A DNA stretch of 64,000 nucleotides from a virus, in the IMG/VR virus record IMGVR_UViG_3300043571_000313, positions 1 to 64,000 of that record. The stretch is one strand, 5' to 3'. How positions within the stretch are numbered: the stretch's first letter is position 1; the number at the start of each line of letters is the position of its first letter. Below, piece after piece: positions 20,801 through 26,089 of the stretch. A program made the position numbers and the translations under genes. Below the pieces are notes generated by a model. It ran no database searches and was not told where the DNA came from. It was given only the letters and a program-made list of their open reading frames with translations.

Positions 20801-23800
20801 ATGGACCGCTGGCTGCAGCCGCTCGGCCAGAAGTTCGCCGGCACGGGTGAGCTGGCCGGCACCAAGATCAAGCAGATGCTCATTGCGTGGCAGTCGGTGA
20901 TGTTTCAGCACTCCGACCAGGTGGATGCCGCCGCGCGCCGCTGGACGAAGGCGCTGAAAGATGCGTCGAAGGACGCAGGTTACACGAACGAGAAGCGATT
21001 CTTCGACGAGGTGGTGAACCCCGCCATCTACGCCATCGAGAGTGACCCGGGGCGCGACGAGGCCGGCGCTCTCCGCACCGCGCGCAAGGTGGCGGCCCGC
21101 ATCATTCCGCCCGCCTACACCGTCGGGCCGAACTTCAACCTGAAGCTGGAGCGGCTGCTGCGCGCGCACAAGGAGGTGAGCGAACTCATCGTTCAGATCG
21201 CCGAGAAAAATGGCGTGTATGTGAACGACAGTCGCATGCGCGATCCGCTCACGGGCAAGGCCGGCATGCTGCGGCACGCCATCAAGTACGGCTGGTTCAC
21301 TTCGACTCGCAGGCTGCGGGGCGAGGCGGTGCGCATCCTGACCAAAGACATGCACCAGGCCGGGTGGCGCGACGACACCTTCACGGATCTGCCCGAGACT
21401 GCCGAACTTGACAAGCTGGTGGGCAAGCACTTCACGCCGACGATCATCAAAGGATTCGTGGAGCCGTTCGTCCGCAAGCCTGGGCGCGAGGTGTTCTTCG
21501 GAGCAAAGGATGCCAACGATAAGCCGACCTATGTTTCGCAGCTCACGGCGCAGGAGTTGTGGGAAGGCGCTGGCGGCGACGTGATGAAGTTCATCGACGC
21601 GATGTATGATCGGACCAACCCGCTCGACAATCGCGACGCGCTGCCCGAGTACCGGCGCTCAATCCTCGCCCGCTTCAATCAGCTCTACACGATGGAGTCG
21701 AAGCTGGCCGCAAAGACGGAGTCGGGCGGCGGACTCGATCACATGACGCAGAAGAGCCATCGCGTGATGGACTCCCGCACCAATGACCTGATCCCGCCTG
21801 AGCATTTTCAGTATGACATTTTCTCTCCCATCGATGCGCGGCGGGCACTGACGGAGGTGGCGTTCCACGCTGCGTTCGGCCGCGACGGCGTCGCGCTGGA
21901 CAAGGCGATGATCGATCTCGACAAGGGGCTCAACCTGTCGGCCGACCGCTACAAGATGATCCCCGAGGGCACGCGCAAAGAGAAGGAGGCCTACGCCAAG
22001 GAGCAGGGCTGGGACTTCAAGAAGCTGGAGCGTGCGGCCGACGATCGCAAAGCAGTCTCGGCCTGGAAGGCGAAACTCGTGAAGCACTTCACCGGCAGCG
22101 AAGCCGTGGTCGGCGACGCGCGCACGATGCTCGAGCTCGCACAGCTGAACGTGGCCCTGCTGCTCAATCAGCCGAAGTCGGCGCTGTGGAATCTCCTCTC
22201 CATCCTCGAGTATCCGCTGGTCTATCGCGGCCTCAACCGCAGCTCAGTCCGCGCCACTGCGACGGCCGCGCGCGTGCTGGCGCGCGAGATCACTGGCTCG
22301 TTTCTCAAGGTGGCCGGCGTGAACCTCACCCAGAAATTCGAGTACGCGAATGAGATCGCTGAGATCGTGGAGCGCAAGGAGACGGAGCGCCTGGACTTCG
22401 GCACACTCATGGCGGACATCGGGCCGGATGGCCGATTCACTCAGGGCGGTGTAGGTAACACCGTGACGGAGGTGAGCCGTGGCATCCAGACTGCGATGCG
22501 AAAGGGGTTCAAGGGTAACAACGCGCTGTGGGCACCCTTCAACTTCATCAGCCACAAGGCCGACACCGCCATCGCGACGGCCAACGTGCAGGCGTTTGAG
22601 ATGATGGTGAAGCGCGCGATCGACTACTTCGAACGCCACCCGGAAGCGCGTGACAACCCCGCGTTCCGGCTCACGTCCGACCACCTCGGGATGTCGGAAG
22701 GCTGGTTCTCTGAGGCTGGCACCTTCGACTACTTCCGCACGCGCGCGATGGAGTACGGGCTTGGATCCCTGGAGGACATCGCCCGCGAAGCGGCCATCGG
22801 ACGTGACAGCGGCGGCAAGCTGCTCACCCGCGATCAGGCGCTCGGCGTGGCGATGATGGCGCTCAATGAAATCTCGCTGCATGCCGGCGTGAACTCCCGC
22901 CTGATCGAGATGATCGACAATCCGATCCTGCGCTTCGGCGGCCTGATGCTGGGCTGGCCCCTGTCGAAGGTGAATCAGATCAACGACGCCTTTAAGGATG
23001 CCGATGGCAAGGCGACGCTGGCCTCGGCGATGCGTGCGGTCGGGATCATGGCGGCGTGGACGCTGCCGGCTGGCCTCGCCTACTCGCTAATGGTCGACGA
23101 GTATGACGACAAGCTCCTGAACAAGAAGTCGAACCTCCGCAGCATCGACCCCATTGCGATCACGCCGGTCGTCGGCCCGCTGCTGGCGGCGGCTTCCGAT
23201 TCGGGCAACATCCTCGGCATGCTTGAGCGGCTGGCGCGCGCCGGAACCTACGGTATCGTGGGCGACATGGTGAACTCCTTCACCAACGTCGTCGATCCGT
23301 CGAGTGGGCAGCGTGACTTCGACCTCAACAGCCGCGTGCTGGTCTTCAATCAGTTCGCGAACATCCGCGACGTCTTCCGTAACCTCATCCACCAAGACGG
23401 CGAGATGACGTACCAGTCCACCGGGCGCCCGCTGATCTCGGCGATGGGTGGCGGCGGCCTACTGCAGGCGATGCAGCTGGTGAACGCCCGTCTTGGCCTG
23501 ACCAACGCCGAGGCGGCAGTCACGAATCGGATCAACGTGAACAACTACCTGCGCGCTGCCGGCCGTGCCGTCGACATCGAGCTTCGTGGTGGCACCGCCC
23601 GCAGCCTGCCAACAGCACGCTCCGTCTGGCTGAATCAGATGCAGGTGATGGCGCTCTCCAACGATCGCGTTGGATTCGCCGAGGCGTACCGCAACGCCGT
23701 CGACGTGGCCCGCCGCCAGGGCGAGCCGGACCCCGAGGCCAAGGTGCTCGAAGACTTCAAGTCCCGCCACCCGCTTTCGTCGGTGTTCCGCACCAAGCCC

Positions 23801-24022
23801 TCCGAGGTGGAGATGGGCAAACTCATGTCGACTCTTGACGACACAGGGAAGCAGGCGGTTCAGCAGGCACTCGCCTTGTTCGAATCCTTCACTGAGTTAA
23901 TCGAGCCGAACCCAATCATCCAGCGAATCAAGCAGCAGCAGGCGGCACAAATGCGAGCGGCGCAGCCACTCACCATTGAGCAGCTGCGCCGCCGTGCGGC
24001 ATCAGGTGTGATGGGTTACTGA
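14828..24022 (+). CDS. giant internal virion/polyvalent protein with a zincin-like HExxH motif
   Basis: 3064 aa; N-terminal Gly/Ala membrane-like region (EAGTEAFQE), Pro-rich linkers, LIHEAGHA...WEE, helical C-terminus. Confidence 0.7.
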   Translation: MSGSTNSLVQGYRAYLERSGKVDLRTDTELTVELGDLLRSKGNDAFDLKASEYPDFREQYLTATQSTDRGVIGEVAAGARRGARSLAGTAMGAVALGLDAVGANETAKSLATKAEEFASGGEDNAATVGRMKDVIDVEGGVRYAAGKIGEAVPSIAEALVTATIGATAGTAAAPGPGTAGGAAAGFIGKQAVKQMIRKGVATRILGKDVTEAALETALKDAANATLRTAFVNESRALAARMGAGAVGAINSLGLSSGEIYNETGDVATSLGAGAIAAIPDTILPTYIVGKFFRGAASADDVARAGGFMKRLATEAAKTMPIEAGTEAFQELVNIAAVKFNKGEPATLDAADLERIKEAAVGGLAGGLVGAPIAAAPAPNAAIEARRAAATGTTPPPPGTPVTPPPPPAPKTPTRGEVVAKWVAAAPDLQDARINALLRVTRTKDEDQELEVLNALVSQRPPAVAATATPPPPAPSPASTATPAPAASNWLTEQIDRDAATADRLGWTQKIGDMAAQRMTARQIRDALPYRENGIDQMDAMSIVLSARNKLKIPSQEERVEFEEWIKARQQTASAPAASMGTPPAAPAPSAVGAAGATVTPLVSAPTPPPPPPVVAPAPAPKPPTAAELTDRINSANRRFGTIISRVPTLDFAAAKTALEAISTSPTDLANAVQKFEASVETLETLAVAEAAKIAAGTAQKRQEVATSRAKNLAEKLDAQVAAAADRARKRAEKNAKILAKEAEAPAPPAPAPPGFRLATDQEMSLPLPLEGQFVQTASGVIFREGEQPVGEAVQPVRVAVYQKGERFLTQRQYEAEDVAPVAEPVVTPTVPAPADLRAEQDEAESEDDAAATEQMRAMGRFADALLAKQGKKAAEVVPPPTPADDLKTRLDAVLNPPVEVAPLSFGKIAAMDSELNTQGASDNSGTRTKSRVAYAIRDDRDTSIPEDQRPVYLKGTVDYSKAEGLLRVGPGATKGVGKAVFAMGKNRGKPAERTKTIEPGGSQQVLLEDLAKAGFVPYLRIVFDGEPAAISRHFANMAELDAAIAKTEKVPAATTAVNVAAGRSTLRSDIITTGDAAMTVAESALAPEDAANEQSPAAALAEAMTKVMDGMTTTMLDSIVRRAAKAKASIEATIEGMPAFGRELLKKVMVETDATPAMVVTYVRSSLPADTEIPAGPGTFSLDAKKATTSKTTAAPALKGFDKVPLAALEKLYEVITRSPKNLDGNFDGKELSSGWLDRLNILFERTGMASFDEFVATLDKLSKAAKSPTQFAAALKGKPMYESQEFTVPLPPVGHFEALVQRLRNNGFDVEVIQRELGMTLAGMYRGGKIFVALEDMANANLAGLRRLIHEAGHAVIDQESMQTREDLQRAVESTMSEADNGAIFKAALNAGKDWEEMLVDTTAIKLAEEGFGEKSATIAEAIWRTVKDVYYRVGMAMLRALGVDPSPESVLAWWDNNMRRHLGGDFDFRFTDLFRPHVERNAERVSRFTIADGQDIPDLLDPITGRVTQAEVVPDTVEAAEWNLKFMKDGVAGADMDYTEAMARVTAAAWNEAMPVIQRLKAELLPAGTDDQFWAIFSPSKDTPQKIVEEMEKRVPGAATAKVGGEKMTDAMNSRARAKAFRIITGLARAARKRAAGSEAAITRESDAIVAKAEQLNRADRELRDATAMDAVFNDALRDLIKELSVGIDSGPDTAFAAGKLAGAIREIERLTDKDAIPAEYQNVFKRLLDSGGVSVFDYLSAIARLKLPLGSMKVPDIMKAISENAASDSRLASLNDQRPLAVALSTLARNSTREMDLLQLRSLKDAAEYTSIRAELDEIQVANETRLEEIAKGIDAKAESLSLRDRLKQAYVEARRDFNRSRKTIQRQQELVIQRKRFADVMEERATELSRDVGSFSFWEAHDGAQYRAMTRGDDGKWTATERTLRMVGDEITEQHEQVSHDMAMNRLWLNMHKDQAGSRLYEEVKRQTWELTKLDFAKNYEAATRFRMDRWLQPLGQKFAGTGELAGTKIKQMLIAWQSVMFQHSDQVDAAARRWTKALKDASKDAGYTNEKRFFDEVVNPAIYAIESDPGRDEAGALRTARKVAARIIPPAYTVGPNFNLKLERLLRAHKEVSELIVQIAEKNGVYVNDSRMRDPLTGKAGMLRHAIKYGWFTSTRRLRGEAVRILTKDMHQAGWRDDTFTDLPETAELDKLVGKHFTPTIIKGFVEPFVRKPGREVFFGAKDANDKPTYVSQLTAQELWEGAGGDVMKFIDAMYDRTNPLDNRDALPEYRRSILARFNQLYTMESKLAAKTESGGGLDHMTQKSHRVMDSRTNDLIPPEHFQYDIFSPIDARRALTEVAFHAAFGRDGVALDKAMIDLDKGLNLSADRYKMIPEGTRKEKEAYAKEQGWDFKKLERAADDRKAVSAWKAKLVKHFTGSEAVVGDARTMLELAQLNVALLLNQPKSALWNLLSILEYPLVYRGLNRSSVRATATAARVLAREITGSFLKVAGVNLTQKFEYANEIAEIVERKETERLDFGTLMADIGPDGRFTQGGVGNTVTEVSRGIQTAMRKGFKGNNALWAPFNFISHKADTAIATANVQAFEMMVKRAIDYFERHPEARDNPAFRLTSDHLGMSEGWFSEAGTFDYFRTRAMEYGLGSLEDIAREAAIGRDSGGKLLTRDQALGVAMMALNEISLHAGVNSRLIEMIDNPILRFGGLMLGWPLSKVNQINDAFKDADGKATLASAMRAVGIMAAWTLPAGLAYSLMVDEYDDKLLNKKSNLRSIDPIAITPVVGPLLAAASDSGNILGMLERLARAGTYGIVGDMVNSFTNVVDPSSGQRDFDLNSRVLVFNQFANIRDVFRNLIHQDGEMTYQSTGRPLISAMGGGGLLQAMQLVNARLGLTNAEAAVTNRINVNNYLRAAGRAVDIELRGGTARSLPTARSVWLNQMQVMALSNDRVGFAEAYRNAVDVARRQGEPDPEAKVLEDFKSRHPLSSVFRTKPSEVEMGKLMSTLDDTGKQAVQQALALFESFTELIEPNPIIQRIKQQQAAQMRAAQPLTIEQLRRRAASGVMGY

Positions 24023-24023
24023 G

Positions 24024-25112
24024 TCAGCGGTGCACGTAGCCCTCGGTTACGGCTTCCGAAGTGCGCGAGTGGCCAAGCAGCCGGCCGATCTGCTCGATGG
24101 TCTTACCCGCCTTCTCCATGCGGGTGGCGAACGAATGGCGCAGGCAGTGGAACGACTTCCCCTCGATGCCGAGGTCGGCTAGTATGCGGGCGTAGTAAAC
24201 GCTGTGCCGTGCGCGCCTCGCGGGGTCGAGGGCTATCGCGCGCTCATCAGGGAAGACGTACTTCGGGTCGAGGCATTCAGCCATCATGTCGAAGAAGATT
24301 CCGCGCAGCTCGCCGCCGCCGAGAAGCGGGTCGTCGATCGGCAGCGCCACCCGCGCCCCACTCTTCCGCGTCCAGACGACGATCTCATCGGGCATGATGC
24401 TGCCCCACTCCAGGCACGCGCAGTCCGACAGGCGCAGCCCCGCCCAATAGGACAGCGCCGTCCACCACTTCCACTTGCCGGTCGTGTGCGCCATGATGTG
24501 CTTGAACTCGCGCTCGCTGAACGGCACGCGCCGGACCGGCTCCTTCTGCTCATGCGAAAGATCGTTGAGCCGGACCCTAACCAGCTTTGATGGGTTGCCG
24601 GCGTAGTACGCCTTCGCCGTGACGAAGTCGAAGAACGATCGGATGGATGCGAGGCGCACGTCCCGGTTGCTGGCCGTCGTCGTGTCCTTCTTGGAGTTTA
24701 CGAATCCATCGAGGTGCTCGAAGGTGAGGCGGGTGACCGGCCACTTCGATGCGTCGTTGGCCTTGACCAGGTGGCGCAGCACGAGCTCTTGCGTGCGCAC
24801 CGTGTTGGGCGCGGCGTTCGTCTTGCGCCATACTACCCACTCGGCGATCGCCTGATCGAGCGACACCTTGCGGCCGGCCATGATGGCAGTGAGGGCTTCA
24901 GCAGTGAGCGCACGAGCACGCGCCGCCATCTCCATCTCCAGCACCTTCGACTGCACGACGACCTCGCGCGCCTTCTCGATGGTGGATTGCTTTGTCGATC
25001 GCGTGTGCGACTTGCCCTGCGCGTCGAGGAACTTGACGTGATAGATGCCCGACTCCTGATCGCGGGTCAGGTGGGCATCGAGTTCGGCTTTGGTTGGCAC
25101 GCCGTAACCCAT
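24024..25112 (-). CDS. int: tyrosine recombinase/phage integrase
   Basis: Catalytic residues GLRLSD, HCLRHSFAT, LLGH and terminal Y (EGYVH); arm-binding-like N-terminus. Start is probably ATG 25112 or 25130, not 25493. Confidence 0.9.
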   Translation of the reverse strand: MGYGVPTKAELDAHLTRDQESGIYHVKFLDAQGKSHTRSTKQSTIEKAREVVVQSKVLEMEMAARARALTAEALTAIMAGRKVSLDQAIAEWVVWRKTNAAPNTVRTQELVLRHLVKANDASKWPVTRLTFEHLDGFVNSKKDTTTASNRDVRLASIRSFFDFVTAKAYYAGNPSKLVRVRLNDLSHEQKEPVRRVPFSEREFKHIMAHTTGKWKWWTALSYWAGLRLSDCACLEWGSIMPDEIVVWTRKSGARVALPIDDPLLGGGELRGIFFDMMAECLDPKYVFPDERAIALDPARRARHSVYYARILADLGIEGKSFHCLRHSFATRMEKAGKTIEQIGRLLGHSRTSEAVTEGYVHR

Positions 25113-25127
25113 GCCATGTGGTGACTT

Positions 25128-25146
25128 CATTTTGAAGATTAAAATG
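25128..25146. promoter_or_regulatory. palindromic operator-like site CATTTT-N7-AAAATG upstream of int
   Basis: CATTTT GAAGATT AAAATG; same geometry at 35660 and degenerate copies at 54917 and 58032. Confidence 0.5.
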
Positions 25147-25160
25147 TGGGTGCTTGCCCG

Positions 25161-25213
25161 GCCGAACGAGTCGCCGGAGCGGACGCTACGCGCCGCTCGG
25201 CTTGGTGTTCGGC
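25161..25213 (+). mobile_element. attC: integron attC-like recombination site 1 (53 bp)
   Basis: R'' GCCGAAC, 5-nt spacer, L'' GCCGGAGC (extra G), GGaCGC-TAC-GCGCC stem (extra A), L' GCTCGGC, 5-nt spacer, R' GTTCGGC. Confidence 0.85.
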
Positions 25214-25536
25214 CGATAGTGTTCCGTCCCGGTGGTTGCAAATCCGTATCGTTTCCCGGTCGGGTCCGGGAGCAGTTGGCAGTTGGCGATGACATCACAC
25301 ACCAGCGTCCGCTCCGGGTCGCGCATGTGCTTCTGCATCTGCGATAGCATGTCCACGCGCCTTCGATTCCAGTCTGCGGAGTGCGTGAGCTTGCGGCAGT
25401 GCTCCACCAGTTCGTCCTGCATGAGCTTTCCGGTCGGGTCGCCCACGGCAGCGCGAATGTCCGCCAAAAGGCCCAACAAGGCGGTCGAGCCAACAGCCGC
25501 CTCGCGTTTCCGTTTCGTTGCGTTCCGGTTCTTCAT
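25186..25536 (-). CDS. cassette-borne hypothetical protein A
   Basis: 116 aa; ATG in the attC2 loop, TAG in the attC1 loop; N- and C-termini encoded by attC arms. Confidence 0.7.
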   Translation of the reverse strand: MKNRNATKRKREAAVGSTALLGLLADIRAAVGDPTGKLMQDELVEHCRKLTHSADWNRRRVDMLSQMQKHMRDPERTLVCDVIANCQLLPDPTGKRYGFATTGTEHYRPNTKPSGA

Positions 25537-25596
25537 ACACTTTTTCTGTCGGCCACGCCCGCTGTCGGCGGCTGTGGCTCACCTTGGTCGTTCGGC
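25471..25596 (+). mobile_element. attC: integron attC-like recombination site 2 (126 bp)
   Basis: R'' GCCCAAC, AAGGC, L'' GGTCGAGC (extra C), CAACAGCCGC (extra A) ... GCGGCTGTG, L' GCTCACC, TTGGTC, R' GTTCGGC. Confidence 0.9.
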
Positions 25597-25835
25597 AATC
25601 GCATCGCGTGAGCAATTTCGTGCGCAGAATAATCGCTTGCCCGATCACTGCCACCCCCACCTTCAAGTCCGTGCTTTTTGCAAAAACGATCGTACTCGTA
25701 ATCAGAAATGACCGGACGGCACATCACGTAATATAAATACTGATGCGCTCGCATCGTTAAAAATGGCGAACAAGGCGCCACAGCCAAGCCGGACGGCCGC
25801 CCGTCCTTGGTCGCTTCGGTTTCAGGTGTCTTCAT
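25533..25835 (-). CDS. cassette-borne protein B, similar to domain Ia of NAD+-dependent DNA ligase
   Basis: ATG 25835 with GGAG RBS in attC3; HQYLYYVMCRPVISDYEYD matches the LigA Ia motif HxYxYY...P.ISDxEYD; TGA in the attC2 loop. Confidence 0.7.
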   Translation of the reverse strand: MKTPETEATKDGRPSGLAVAPCSPFLTMRAHQYLYYVMCRPVISDYEYDRFCKKHGLEGGGGSDRASDYSAHEIAHAMRLPNDQGEPQPPTAGVADRKSV

Positions 25836-25871
25836 GATTTTTCTCCGGCTGGCTGATCTTTGGAGTTGCTG
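25765..25871 (+). mobile_element. attC: integron attC-like recombination site 3 (107 bp, more degenerate)
   Basis: R'' GGCGAAC, AAGGC, L'' GCCACAGC, CAAGCCGGA (extra A) ... TCCGGCTG, L' GCTGATC, TTTGGA, R' GTTGCTG. Confidence 0.7.
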
Positions 25872-26077
25872 CCAAGCGGCGACTGATTCACCCCACTCCA
25901 AAAGGACTGGTCATTCAGCGCGTTCGCGACAGCCTTACATGCCTCCTCGCGGGTCATGCCTTTTGCGATACAAGCCTCGATGGCTGACTGTGCATCGTCA
26001 TAAAGCATCTTGCCCACTTGCGCCGGGGTGAGGCCGCAGATTGTGCTCTGAGTTAGGATGGCTTTTTTCTTTTCCAT
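25832..26077 (-). CDS. hypothetical protein C, ending inside attC3
   Basis: 81 aa; C-terminus SNSKDQPAGEKS is encoded by the attC3 arm; TGA overlaps the ATG of gene B. Confidence 0.6.
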   Translation of the reverse strand: MEKKKAILTQSTICGLTPAQVGKMLYDDAQSAIEACIAKGMTREEACKAVANALNDQSFWSGVNQSPLGSNSKDQPAGEKS

Positions 26078-26089
26078 AAGAGGGCAATG

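Noticed and set aside
14828-24022. N4-like virion RNA polymerase or tape measure protein
   Set aside because: No polymerase catalytic motifs recognised, and the gene context is podovirus-like with no tail tube or chaperone genes.
25082-25088. GTTCGGC inside int as the start of a further cassette ending at attC1
   Set aside because: A 7-mer match is likely by chance in GC-rich DNA, attC1 already pairs with its own R' over 9 bp, and no attI structure was seen.
24024-25112. Integron integrase IntI (complete integron)
   Set aside because: No visible IntI-specific insertion and a phage arm-binding-like N-terminus; left open as a finding rather than called.
25131-25493. N-terminal extension of the integrase in the ORF track (489 aa)
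   Set aside because: It overlaps gene A and attC1 in another frame and is not integrase-like; the real start is likely 25112 or 25130.
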